DNA of 63,877 nucleotides, filler included, from Octopus bimaculoides (lineage: Eukaryota), in assembly GCF_001194135.2 (NCBI RefSeq). It is 6 parts of 4 records of this genome, joined end to end, with 100 filler letters (N's around TTAATTAATTAA, not from the genome) between each part and the next. Parts side by side here need not be neighbours in the genome. Positions count along the whole stretch, not along the records: positions 24,314 to 41,328 come from NC_068981.1; positions 41,429 to 45,587 come from NC_068985.1; positions 45,688 to 50,545 come from NC_068981.1; positions 50,646 to 62,760 come from NC_068985.1; 2 more parts are not named here. The stretch is one strand, 5' to 3'. Below the pieces are notes generated by a model, which had not been told where the DNA came from, ran no database searches, and saw only the letters and a list, made by a program, of their open reading frames with translations. The position numbers were made by a program, and so were the translations under genes. Shown one piece after another: positions 39,528-52,548 of the stretch. Numbering within the stretch: position 1 is the stretch's first letter; the number at the start of each line of letters is the position of its first letter.

Positions 39528-41328
39528 GTCATAGCCATCAGCGAGACCAGAATCCACAACCCGCGGGCCCTCCAGCACATGTTCGGCGGACATTTCAACA
39601 TTTATTTTTCTCCGTGTGTGCCGAGAATGGGTGGAGGAGGCACCGCGGTGATTCTTCGGAAGAGTTTGTACCTCAAAGTAAAAGCAATTTTCCTAGACCC
39701 GGAGGGTAGGCTGGTCGTCTTGGATGTCGACGGCAGCAATGGGTGTGCTTTTCGACTGATAGCAGTTTATGCACAGTCTTTAACAGGCCGGCCAGATTTC
39801 TATCGACGTCTAGAGGTTTTCTTGGGAACGTCTGGACCTTTACTTTTAGTGGGGGATTGGAACGCTACTCTGGACACGCATCTAGATTACGCAGGCAGCG
39901 ATAGCAATAGAAAGGGATGCAAAAGCCTCAAAGACCTGCTCAGACGTTTCCAACTGTCTGACAGGTACCGACTGGACCACCCGAATGTGCCAACGTGGAC
40001 ATGGAGTAACCGCATCGGGTCGTCCAGATCGTACTTAGATAGGGTATTCTGTAGGACAGTGGATAAGGATAGAGTAGGTTGTCCACAATTCCACATAGTC
40101 AGCTACACAGACCACAAATTTGTCACTTGTACGCTTGACTTAGATAAGACACATAGACAGGGTCCCGGTTACTGGAAGTTGAACGCTCACGGCACGCCAG
40201 GTTTACAGGGACCGGATTAGCACTTTAGTTAAGAGAGGATTAACGGGTGCCATCATCAAGAACAGATGGTGGTATGCCCTCAAAAAAACAATCAAGTCAG
40301 AATCGGCTAGGTACAGTAAAGGCCCTAGCGTTAGACCGAAATAGAATAGAGGGAGACCTAGCTAAGAAATTAGAAGAGGCACTTAGTACTGGCATCGCGT
40401 CCAACGTAGTGGCGGCGAGGTTGGCCCTCGACCAACACTTCAACGCCAAACACGAAGGATGCGTTGTCAGAGCTAGGATGCATGCTCTGAGCGACGAGGG
40501 AGTTGGAGCGGCCCGAGAGGCCAGAGTAGCGGAGGCGCAACGAGGCAACAGAGCCACCATTAGGTCTCTGACAGATGTAGAATTACTCGAGCCTGAAAGG
40601 ATGTGCGAGGCCTTTCAACAGCACTTTGCCCGACTGTTCGGGACAACTGGTGGGTCACAACGCAGAGTAGACTTTAGTGCCTACCTGCATGGCCTGCCAC
40701 GACTCTCAGCAAGAGAGCCGGAGTTTTGTGAAGGACCCATCACAACCGCGGACGTACGGGATGCGATGGCAGGCTGCAAGGGAGACAAGTCGCCAGGCTT
40801 GGATGGTCTGCCCTACGAACTTTATTGTCATATGCCAGATNNNNNNNNNNCCAGGCTTGGATGGTCTGCCCTACGAACTTTATTGTCATATGCCAGATCT
40901 GTTTGGAGGCGTCTTGGCAGCTGTCTACTGCAACTGGCTGCAAAACGTTAGCATCCCCGTCTTTGTAAAGCGAGGATCTGTGGCACTACTAAAGAAAGAC
41001 CCAAACAAGGGGAACGTCATAGATAATGTTCGGCCCATCACTCTGCTCAACGCAGATTTGAAAATTTTGGCCAAAGTGTTAGCCGAGAGGTTGGCGCTTG
41101 TCATCGAGAAACTAGTCGACAGGGCGCAGACGTGCGCCGTGCCGGGTAGGAGTATCCATGACAACCTCCATCTGATCCGCTACATCATGGACAGGGTAGT
41201 TAAGGAACCTGGTATGGGTGGGGCGCTGATCAATTTGGATCAATCAAAAGCCTTCGATAGGGTAGACCATCACTACTTGGAAGCCGTCCTCATAGTGGCT
41301 GGTTTCGGTCCCCTCTTCCGCGGTTGAA
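39528..41328 (+). mobile_element. Tx1/L1-clade LINE ORF2 segment: APE endonuclease + N-terminal RT
   Basis: APE motifs VIAISET, GGTAVIL, LIAVYA, LLVGDWN, TWTW..SYLDR, TDHK, GPGYWKLN; RT motifs KSPGLDGLPYELY, RPITLLNADLKILAKVLAERL, QTCAVPGRSIHDN, LDQSKAFDRVDH. Frameshift near 40200; cut by a scaffold spacer at 41329. Confidence 0.95.
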
Positions 41329-41428
41329 NNNNNNNNNNNNNNNNNNNNNNNNNNNNNNNNNNNNNNNNNNNNTTAATTAATTAANNNNNNNNNNNNNNNN
41401 NNNNNNNNNNNNNNNNNNNNNNNNNNNN
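41329..41428. other. Artificial scaffold spacer N44-TTAATTAATTAA-N44
   Basis: Same 100-bp construct. Confidence 0.93.
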
Positions 41429-41863
41429 CATACCGTATAGTATTTAATTTCATTTCACTTGATATTACTGTTCGGCTCCTTCTCTCACTCCATTCATTTT
41501 CAATAATATAAAAGTAAGTATCATTAATGCACAAGGATGTCAGCCGATATGTCTAGCCTGTTGAAAAGAATGTATTATTTACTATATGAAAGTTTCACCA
41601 TATAATCAATATACTTTATACCGATATAGCGATATGGCAGCCATTGAGAAAATATCCACGTGATATTTCGACCTCCTACAAATTGTTGCTATATTTTTCT
41701 CTCTCTCAAACCACAACCTACTATTTTGAGAGAGCAAAATAAAAAAGTAAGAACAGGTGTGTTTTATACTGTTTGAGGTGAATAATGTTAGGGAAAAGCC
41801 GGAAGAATGGTCACGGAAAGAATGCCTTTGATTCATGGTTCTGTTGGATCAAGGATGTCTGGT

Positions 41864-42475
41864 GAGGCATGGGTTTGTGCTAAGAAGCTTGCTTCCTTAT
41901 CACATGGTTCCGGGTTCGGTCCCACTGCGTGGCACCTTATGCAGGTGTCTTCTGCTAGAGCACCAGGCCGATCAAAGCCTTGTGAGTGAATTTGGCTGAT
42001 GCAAGCTGAGAAAAGCCCCTCGTGTCTGACTAATATTTTGGATTACCTAATTCCTGGATCATCTTTACACCTGCATTACCTTCCGGGATTATGATACACC
42101 TTTAAATTCTCTCGGAATAGTCTATTCTTTACCATTGATTATATATATATATATATTTATATGCTAGACCACTGGTTTTAAATTGAAATAGACATTCAAT
42201 TTATCACCCTCACTATATATATATATATATAGGTGTGTGTGTGTGTGTGTATGTGTGTGTATATGTGCGTGTGTTTGCTTGTCCCCCACCACTGCTTGCT
42301 AACCGATGTTGGTTTGTTTTCCTTCCTCCATATATTAGCGGTTCGACAAAAGAGTCTAATGGAATATTTGCCAGTCTTAAAGATAAGTTCTAAGGTCAAT
42401 TTGTTCGGCAGAACACTTCAAGGTGGTGCTCTAGCATGGCTGCAGTCCAATGATTGAAACAAAATATAAAGGATA
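41864..42475 (+). mobile_element. SINE family B, near full length (head 41864-42030, 3' part 42270-42475)
   Basis: taagaagcttgcttcc..catggttccgggttcggtcccactgcgtggcacc..; tail gtggtgctctagcatggctgcagtccaatgattgaaac. Confidence 0.8.
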
Positions 42476-43463
42476 GTGATTGAATAGCATCAGTTATCTT
42501 ATACTGATGGATAAAACATCTAAGTTTTGCAACACATATGAACGAGGGAAGATGCGTCAGGGAAGTAGCCTCTACATAGTCTCGTGACCAAGAAAAAGTA
42601 GCCACCAAATCTCCCTCAAATCTACATTCTACCAAACTAAAAACAGATACGTTGAATATAGTCTTAGGCTTCTTGAAAATAGATAAAGACAAGATGGTCA
42701 CTGTTGGAATGCTTTTAATCATAGGTCTGTACAATTAGGGTTCACATGGGAGTTAAGCAACATGAGCAACAAGAAGCTGAGGTGCGTGTACGAGCTTGCT
42801 GTGACTCGCTAGAAATAGAAACCACATAAGCACCAATTCAGACCCCACCTTCTTCAAGAATGGAAAGTCACATGGGACGATGTAGTCCAAGATTGCATCA
42901 TCCTAAAGAGAACGAAAGACAAAATTCTCGTCGCTGGAACGCCTTGGACTCATCAGGAATTAATTACTTGGGACAAACCACAACAGCCATTTCTAGTTTC
43001 AGGTTCTATTGCCGAGCCCCATGGCTTTTGCTATGCTTCACTTCTGTTTATATACAGGATGCCTGTGGGATTTATGTAGTCTCTCGTTCCCCTAAAAATA
43101 GAAGCTAGGTCTCACTTAAACCACACCCTAAATAATATAGTTCTATATGAAGTGCCCTTCCTCGGAACAGGTACACTTGTGAGTTGCTCTGGGGTCTTAC
43201 GAGTCAAGGGGCCCAACGCTAATCTGTTTATACCGTTGTTGTGTACATAGGGGTCCTCCGTACTTCGCTTTCCTCAGGGATCTATAATTCTGTTAATACG
43301 ATGTTACCTATACATCTGAATACATGACAGGATTGTAGCTGCTAAATTGCTTTTGATCACAGATTTTCTGGATCAGAGCTGAGCCGGGGCAAAACATAAA
43401 TACAAACAGGAGGCAGCGAGCGAACTAAAAATAAAAGACGTATGTATATATATACATATATAT

Positions 43464-43465
<2 letters not shown>

Positions 43466-43554
<89 letters not shown>

Positions 43555-43625
43555 TGCACATGCACACATGTACATCCATGCATACATACATACATACATA
43601 CATACATACATACATACATACATAC
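43466..43625. repeat. (GA)n followed by (CATA)n microsatellite
   Basis: Read directly from the sequence. Confidence 0.95.
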
Positions 43626-43821
43626 ATGTAGAAACCAAGTTACGTGTCAAAATTTTTGTCTGGTGGTTCCGATTTCTGTCATGAAACATGAGTGGCATCA
43701 GCTTTTGGATGAGCTGTTAAAATAGGTTTAGATAACATAAGGAAAAAGATTAGCAAGCAGTCAAAGCTTTCGTCAAAATATCACAATGTTCTCTTTCATT
43801 TTCTCTTTCTCTTTTTTTTTT

Positions 43822-43949
43822 TTTGAAGGTATCAGTTAATCCGTTTTATCGTTGATGTTTATAGCTTTTATACCGATATATATATTGATATATATCGGTA
43901 TAAAAGCTATAAACATCAACGATAAAACGGATTAACTGATACCTTCAAA
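43822..43949. repeat. Perfect palindrome: 62-bp arms, 4-nt loop (attg)
   Basis: 43822-43883 is the exact reverse complement of 43888-43949 (checked base by base). Confidence 0.97.
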
Positions 43950-44771
43950 TAAAAGATACAAACACAGCCGCACACGCACATACATGCACATACACATACA
44001 TACAATCACATATACATATATGTCAGTGTATGCGATCTGACCCAATATCAATGACACAACAGAGAAATTAACTCACAGAAAAGAACAATAGTTTCGAGAC
44101 ATGCAATATATACTTCTCAAAAAGAACTTCAAAAATGTCTTTAGTGATTTCAGATACGAATTACCAAGAGATAACTCTAACAGAACAAGATATGAAAAAC
44201 GTAATCGGCAGTCAACTAAAGGAAATCTACTAACAGAGGGAAAAACATAATTTACATAAATTGGATGTGGTTACGTAATAGACAAATAGTGGTGATAAAA
44301 TGATGGTGTATTTTGATATAACTCATCTTAGATAGACAGACAGTGATAGAAAACAACAGAATTTGCAAGGAGAAACATAAAACAATATACAATTAAAAAC
44401 AATTCCAGGATAACAAGATCTGAAAGAAAATTGTCAAACAAGTAGTCAAAGAATGAAAAATAGATCTACCAACGAACTAACGAGTGAAACAACGACAACC
44501 GTAAAAAAACCCCACAAGTAGAACATCATTAGCAACCAACAAATAAAAACGCTAAACGTAGTAAAAAATAGATACAGTGTCTATAAAACTAGTATTAATA
44601 TGCGAAGAACAGAGTTTATGATCGAAGTCTCTAGTGACGTAAAATTCGAGTCACAGTTAAATGGATTCCATTTTAACATGACGCAACATTCGTAAATATA
44701 CATTTGTATACATGTGTGTGTGTGTGTTTTCTGTTCTGTCTATCTATCTGTCAGTCTATCTGTATGTATGT

Positions 44772-45225
44772 ATGTTCGCTTAAGTTCTTCATGCTGGATA
44801 CGTGCTCTCTGAAAAGTGTCGATCCCCTCCTTAACCTGCTTCCTCCATTTGTGGCGATAACAGGCATTGTTCTCCCAGTCAGTGTCCTGCATATCACAGG
44901 CCTTTAATGAGGACATGACACAGTCCTTAAATCACAGCCTTGGTTTCTGCCGGAGTCTCCTTCCATTCACAAGTTCTCCATATAGCATCTGCTTAGGAAT
45001 CCTGCTATCCTTCATTCTAATAAGGTGTCCAGTCCAACGTAACCGGTGCCTGTGCACCATTGCCTCAATACTCAAGATATCAGCTATCCTCAGGACCTGT
45101 GTGTCTGGAGTTTTTGAGGTCCAGCCAACATAGAGAATGTGCCTGAGACATCTCTGATGAAAGCGTTCAAGCGCACGCCTCGTATACTGCAATGTTTGCA
45201 GTCGTGTATGCTTGTCAAGAGCAGG
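44772..45225 (-). mobile_element. RTE-clade LINE 3' fragment
   Basis: LERFHQRCLRHIL..W....P...VL..A.I.SIEAMVHRHRLRWTGHLIRMKDSRIPKQMLYGEL..G.R...KPRLRFKD, the typical RTE/BovB C-terminus; ends in a (CATA)n tail. Confidence 0.92.
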
Positions 45226-45372
45226 GCTCATTAGCCACCAACGGAGTCGCAAATGCAAATATAAGTTAGTCCTAGAGAGCACAATGTTCCTGAAGGTCGG
45301 CAATGGTCTTCTACAATCACGAGTGGACGGCCATCACATCATCATGTATGTATGTATGTACACTCACATATA

Positions 45373-45406
<34 letters not shown>

Positions 45407-45550
45407 TGTGAATGTATGTCTATGTAATTTGTGCATGCATGCTGAAAATCCGGAGTGTTAATGCCAAAGGTTGCGGTTTGTGTATTCAGGAATTCTATTT
45501 GTATCTATAATATAAATGTTTCATATATATATATATGTGTGTGTGTGTGC

Positions 45551-45587
<37 letters not shown>

Positions 45588-45687
45588 NNNNNNNNNNNNN
45601 NNNNNNNNNNNNNNNNNNNNNNNNNNNNNNNTTAATTAATTAANNNNNNNNNNNNNNNNNNNNNNNNNNNNNNNNNNNNNNNNNNNN
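45588..45687. other. Artificial scaffold spacer N44-TTAATTAATTAA-N44
   Basis: Same 100-bp construct. Confidence 0.93.
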
Positions 45688-46413
45688 ATAATACAAATGA
45701 TATATGAGCATATGCATGTATACATACATATATGTACATACCTACATCTACATGTATATATAGATGCATATCCGGGTACAGGACGTCAAAAAAAAGAAAC
45801 GGGAACATAAAGCACAAAAAAAACGAACTTTTTTACAGACAACAAGATGAACACATAGGAAAACAGACGAGCCACTTATGGAACTTTTCCTTCATCAGCT
45901 GCCTCTATTCTGGCTATCCATTCGTGACCGAGGAAGACTATTACAGCCCATTTCCCGTGCAAAATACCAGCAATGCTCGTACATGAGGTTATTGCACCAG
46001 CAGTCGGTTTCAGTCAGACTTGCGTCCGCGGCTTTCATGCCCACCGTGGCGCCCTGCTACTCAACTGCACATCGGATTCTTGCCTCACAGCTGATTGCTC
46101 AGTCTCAAATTTTAGGTTCAATAAGGCCTGCACAGCACCTCGTAGACCCTCTCCATCTTACTTACATGATTCAGAAAGAAGTCAGTGCAAGATATCTATT
46201 GCTCTTATGAGTCATAGGCTCAGAAAATTGGGAGCGGCGTGATCTAAAGCGCAAGCAAAAGATTCCCAAAATGTTCAGCGCCATTCAATGCATGTTTTAT
46301 ATCAGAGTGACCTACTCCTGTAGACATACGTCAGTAAAAGCTAAAGGTTGCCTTACTCCGAAATTCATATGAGCTCGTGCTTTCATACGTACATACATTC
46401 ATACATACATACA

Positions 46414-46446
<33 letters not shown>

Positions 46447-46499
46447 GAGTGTGTGTGTGTGTGTAAGTGTGCGTAAGTGTGTGTGTGTGTGTGAGTGAG

Positions 46500-46553
<54 letters not shown>

Positions 46554-47529
46554 TGTATGTATAAAGGTAAAATCTAGGGATTCAACTGTAGGGAATTTGT
46601 AAGCTTCAAGCACTGCGTGGTAAGTATAGAAAACAAAGGGTGGACAACGTACGGTCAGGAACAATAACAATTTATTGGTGTCGAAGGTTACGCACTTTTT
46701 CCCATATCGAACTAACAAGGAAGTTCGATAAGTTGAAAGTTTCTGTACGGCTCACGGCTAGCAACTAGAGTTACTAGGAATGCGAATAAAAATCCAAATT
46801 CAAGGAGTAGTGCAGTTAAAATCCAGGCTACATATGTCTCTTAACTAGCTGATCCTATGATGCAATAATTACTCAACGTGGGGTGCTTAACTTAGCTAAT
46901 CACCAGACCAAGATTACCTTAATTACATGAAGGTTATATTGTCGCTTGCGATTCCCAAGTTAAATCATTTTAGTTGTGAGTTGATGTGAATGGTGAAGCC
47001 GGAAGAACAGAATAAAAAACAAATATTTGAAGAAATGAAAAAAGGAAAGGCCATGATGAACACTCCACAATGCACCTTTAACCATGCAGTACAGGTAGTG
47101 TTTCTCTATCTACTGACTCTTGCATATGTGGTTTGTGGTGGATAAAAGTGAAAAGATTAAGGAAAGTCACGCTCGTTTTCGATTTTTTAAGTACCGATCG
47201 GAAAGAAATGTGAGGTTAGAGAGAGAGAAGTGCCCTCCTCCAAATTCGTTAAAAAGTGACGGTAGCCAAATGGTTAAGGTAAATGGAACTACTCTAAAAA
47301 TGCGCCAGTAAACTAGAGAATTACAGTTGGGTGAGGGTTTGAGCTCTTGGCAGTCAGGGCGATCCTACATCCGTGGAGTTCCTTGACTGGATTTATTTGA
47401 AGACTGTCCTGTTTTAGGACTGTGTCACCCTTCTGCTCACATATTTTAAATACGATATATACTTCTCATCATGTCTCCTCTCCTTTTGTCATGTCTCCCC
47501 CTCCTCCCCTCCCCTCCGTTTGTGTAATG

Positions 47530-47972
47530 CCCAGTATTGCAATTTATGTTATATATATTTGTAAGTCCTGGTGTTTTTGTTATGTATTTGTCTGAATATT
47601 TTTTTTATTATACCTAAGGCACCTACTATGATAGGAATTGTTTCTGTTTTTAGATTCCACATTCGAGTTATCTCTATTTCCAGGTCTTTGTATTTTGAAA
47701 AGTTTCTCCATTTCTGAGAGGGAAACGTTGTCATCTGCTGGTATTGATACATCAATTAGAAAGCATTTTTTCTCTTCATGATCTTTGACAACTATATCTG
47801 GTCTATTGGCCTTAACTTCTCTATCTGTGTGTATTGGCATATTCCAGAGTATGGTTGCTTTCTCGTTTTCTGTGACCTTTTCTGGCGTGTGTTTATACCA
47901 TCCTTTTTCTGTTGTTATTCCATAGTGTTGGCATAGCTTCCAGTGTATATAGGTCCCAGATCTGTCGTGTCC
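47530..47972 (-). mobile_element. RLE-type (R4/Dong-like) non-LTR retrotransposon 3' fragment
   Basis: HD..GTYIHWKLC..YG....WYKHTPEKVTENEKATILWNMPIHTDREVKANRPDIVV.D...KKCFLIDVSIP, then after a frameshift KYKDLEIEITRMWNLKTETIPIIVGALG (PD..D..K restriction-like endonuclease). Confidence 0.92.
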
Positions 47973-48497
47973 ATCATCATCATCATCATAATCATCGTCA
48001 TCATCATCATCATCATCATCATCATTATTATTATTATTATTGCTATTATTATTTGTATGAGAGTTGATAGAATAGAGCATCAGTCAATTATTAGACTAAA
48101 TTTCACCAACGATACCCTCATCTCACCCAAATATTTCTCCCCAGACGTCAACGTTGGAAATCAGTATGAAAGAAACGCATTATGAATGTTAGAAAGCGTT
48201 ATGATTGAAGTCATTATTATAAACATGATTTATTCCAAAATTCATGAGTGTAATATCAATATATGAAAACATGGTATCATAAAAGTTCCGATATTGCTTG
48301 GGCATATTGGTATTAGACAGGTCGTAGGTTCCATGTTATTTTTTTATTGGCCAGCCATTCAATCCAATAATCTATGCAAGCATCCACCCGTCTTTTCATG
48401 GCGATGATCGATAGATGAAACCATCCATCTGTTATCGATTCTTTCAATTTATGTACATGCATACTGTACATGCATATTGTACATGTATATGTATATG

Positions 48498-48560
<63 letters not shown>

Positions 48561-48773
48561 ATATATGCATACCTATAAAATAATATCACACACACACACA
48601 CCCACACACCCACCGACACTCAAACACATATATGTGAATGTACATGTATGTATATATATATATGTGTGTGTGTATGTATAACTATAAAATATGATATATA
48701 TATATATATTTATATACATGTTTGAACATATAAAATACACTGTATAAATACACGCGCACACACATATACTCAC

Positions 48774-48844
<71 letters not shown>

Positions 48845-48965
48845 ACCCTCCACCTACCGAAACATCCACTTACGCATCTATGTTCTTTCTTTTCATCTAT
48901 TTACACAGACACGCACGCACATCTTTATACAGTTACCAGTCCTTTCAACCAAAAATCCACCCACG

Positions 48966-49020
<55 letters not shown>

Positions 49021-50228
49021 TTTTATTCATCAATCCATTCATAGACCCACCTACACATTTATCTATATAAAATTAAAAATCATTAATTCAATATTTTATT
49101 TGTGACCATTTATTACATATATATATATATATATATATANNNNNNNNNNNNNNNNNNNNNNNNNNNNNNNNNNNNNNNNNNNNNNNNNNNNNNNNNNNNN
49201 NNNNNNNNNNNNNNNNNNNNNNNNNNNCATCCTTTTTTTTTACATTTGCATTGATAAAATCTTACAATCGAACACAAATAAAACATTCACTTACAAATGA
49301 AATAGGAAATGTGTCGAAAATGTTTCCATTAATAGTGGGTTTTGATTTAAAATATGAAACTGAAGTTTAAAAGTTAAAAACGAAAGCCATATTTATATTT
49401 GCATTTACTTTTCATAAACGTAACGATGATTAATTAAAAGAAGTCAATGAAGCAATTTTGATAAATGTAATTTCATATTTGTTTTGTATAATTTTAAATA
49501 TATGTATTTTGTGTTCTTAATTTACAAGCAGTTATGATGCATACAAATCCTTTCTCTCTTTCTCTTTCAGTCTCTTTTTGTCTCTATTCCACCCTCGCCC
49601 TCCATCTCTTAGGCTTAGTTTTTCAGTCAGTGCTTTCCGGATCTTCGTTGTCTCCTGGCAATAGTCATCCGCGTTTAAACAATTAAGGAAATACAGTTTC
49701 GACAAGCTTGAAATTTTCTAATGAAGTTTCATATCTCATGTATCAGAGACAACGCAGCTATTACAAACAAATGCTAAAGAGTACAAACACAAACCTTCAC
49801 CCAACACTCTGCAACGATTAATCTATTGAAACGTTGCATCCTGTTTAGATCTCTTTTTTTCTATTCTACTACCTATTCGTTTTCGCTTATATGAAAGTTG
49901 GCCCTAGGTGGGTTCTACATCATCCTGAGATTTTCAATGCATTTGTTTTTGATTTACTCATCACTCCATCTACTGATCGTTCGTCTCAGCTCTAAACTTC
50001 AGCCAAAAGATTCGTATTTTTCCTTCTTTGAATTCCCACCGTGTTTCCCAGCCACATGGCAAGTCGGGCAAGTGTTTTCTACTTGAATGTCAGGCCAACT
50101 AATACCTTGTTGATTGGATCTAATAGACAGAATCTGAAAGTAGCACGTCGAGTGTGTGTGTATATATATATATATATAATTATATATAAAGGGCATTAAC
50201 TGTGTATCGATACCTCACGCTATCGAGG

Positions 50229-50545
50229 GACTAAATAAGTAAAAAACTACCAAAAATAAGCAACATATTTACCGAAAGCGAGGGAATGCAGCTTTTCAAA
50301 ATTTATCTCTTAAAAACATTTAACTCAACGGTAGACCACTGGTTTCTCAATCAAATACAGAAAAAACTGTGAAGTAACCTGTATTCTTTTGTTCATCAGT
50401 ACACGTATGGTCAAGATATATAAAAATAAACAAAAATCAACCTACCACGATGTAGCTAAATGTAGATAAATTTTGAAAAGCTACATTCCCTCGCTTTCGG
50501 TAAATATGTTGCTTATTTTTGGTAGTTTTTTTTACTTATTTAGTC
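50229..50545. mobile_element. MITE-like fold-back with ~80-bp inverted arms (right end lost in the spacer)
   Basis: 50229-50308 versus 50464-50545: reverse complementary apart from a few differences. Confidence 0.75.
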
Positions 50546-50645
50546 NNNNNNNNNNNNNNNNNNNNNNNNNNNNNNNNNNNNNNNNNNNNTTAATTAATTA
50601 ANNNNNNNNNNNNNNNNNNNNNNNNNNNNNNNNNNNNNNNNNNNN
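50546..50645. other. Artificial scaffold spacer N44-TTAATTAATTAA-N44
   Basis: Same 100-bp construct. Confidence 0.93.
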
Positions 50646-50705
50646 GTGTATAAGTATGTGTGTATCTATATATGTATGTATATATATATATGTATATATA
50701 TATGC

Positions 50706-50766
<61 letters not shown>

Positions 50767-50889
50767 TGTATGTATGTATGCAGGAATACATATGTAGTTA
50801 GATATCTGCATATATATCTATACATGTATATGTATATACATATATACATAGTGCAGGCGTTGTAATAACTTTACTTCCTAATGACAATG

Positions 50890-51185
50890 TTTTGGGTTCA
50901 GCTCATCATGTGACACGTTGGACAATGGTCTTCTACTAAACCCTCTATTCTAGACAACCTGACCTTCATGAGTGAGATTTTATAGACGAACGCTTGGTTA
51001 CTGGTGTTGGTGTGTTTATGTCCCCGTAACGTAGCGATTCGGCAAAATATACCAATACAATGAGAAGTAGGTTCTAAAAAATAAGCCCTACATATCCGCT
51101 TGTTCAAGTGAAAGCCTTGACCACGGGTGCCTAGGCGTGACCGCAGTCAGATTACTGAAACAAGTAAAAAAAGTAAAAGAAAGGA
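50890..51185 (+). mobile_element. SINE family B, diverged copy
   Basis: gggttcagc..ggtcttctacta..ggtgttggtgtgtttatgtccccgtaacgtagcgattcggcaaaa..ccgcagtcagattactgaaacaagtaaaa. Confidence 0.7.
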
Positions 51186-51479
51186 GGAGATACGTGTGAG
51201 TGGATAAACGAAAGAAAAAAGCACTCGGCACATTTAAGCAGGAGAGCTGCATGCAATATTCAAACTGTTTTATTTGGCCGTATGCGACATAATGTTCCGC
51301 TGGCCACCAACAGGAACTCGTTCCTTTAAAGGCTTACATGATTCAATTCCATAACGTAATAAGCTTGAATTAGACGGGTTTGGGTTACAGGCACGCAAAA
51401 CTTTATGTCGCATTGAGCCGAAACGAAACTATCTATTTGAAATTATACATATATATATATATATATATATACGTATAGT

Positions 51480-51682
51480 TGGAATTTTCAAAAAACAAAG
51501 CACGAAGACAGGTGTGTAAACCACAAAGAGGTGTATTAGTTTAACGGGTTAACGCTCGGGAAGGTGAGAAAGTGTTTTAGGTTTCTAGCCTACGCTCTTC
51601 AACAGAAAGGAACACGAGAAGATAAACAGAGAGAGAATAAAAAAAAGAAAGATATAGTAGCTAGCGGTCAATCATGGCGACG
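51480..51682 (-). mobile_element. Family D repeat, copy 2 (hammerhead motif decayed)
   Basis: gaagacaggtgtgtaaa..gtattagtttaac..aacgctcggga..tacgctcttcaacagaaag..tcaatcatggcgac. CUGUUGA is retained; stems II and III are disrupted. Confidence 0.8.
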
Positions 51683-51703
51683 GCTGGACAGAGGTGGTCA
51701 GGC

Positions 51704-51758
<55 letters not shown>

Positions 51759-52265
51759 TACATACATGCACAGACACACATATATATATACACACACTGA
51801 TATATCCATGCATTCATATGCATATAATTATATGAATATGGTTTAAATCAATGGTTACTTCAAATAAGAGAGATATAATACTACTTACTTGTAAACACAT
51901 TCGCATATAATTATCTTAATACATTCTCCTACACATCAACATTTCACACGCTCCATACGCGCTTACGTGTATGATCGTCCGTATATGTATGCGTATGTTT
52001 ATATATACATGTACATACACATACATAAGTATATGTGTACTTGTCTATATATGAATACATACCTACATGCATATGTATAGGTATACATGTATGTATATGT
52101 GTGCGTGTGTGTGTATATGTGGATATATATCTGATAATAAAACGGCATCGAATGTTCTCATTTTAAAGAGAAAAATCTTGGCTTTATATTTTTCTTATTT
52201 ATTGGATTGTAAATTTGTTTATCTTTAAAGATATATTTATAACGTCAGCAGCAATTATATCTGAA

Positions 52266-52306
<41 letters not shown>

Positions 52307-52517
52307 CGTGCAGGTGCAAATGAATATGAGTGTGTGTGTATGTGCCCGTGTATGTTTAATTATATGCGCAAACGCATATATGTCTCTGCATGTGTGCAAC
52401 CATACACACATGTGCACATAAACACATATACGTGTGTATGTATATATCTACATACATACATGCACACACACACAAATATATATATAACTGCATGTTTACA
52501 TATATATATATATACAT

Positions 52518-52548
<31 letters not shown>

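Noticed and set aside
40793-40898. Internal duplication in the Tx1 RT
   Set aside because: Identical sequence flanking a 10-N gap; overlap artefact.
49999-50140. Minus-strand exon-like segment with CPTCH
   Set aside because: A single CxxC(H) with only an acceptor-like site and no other support.
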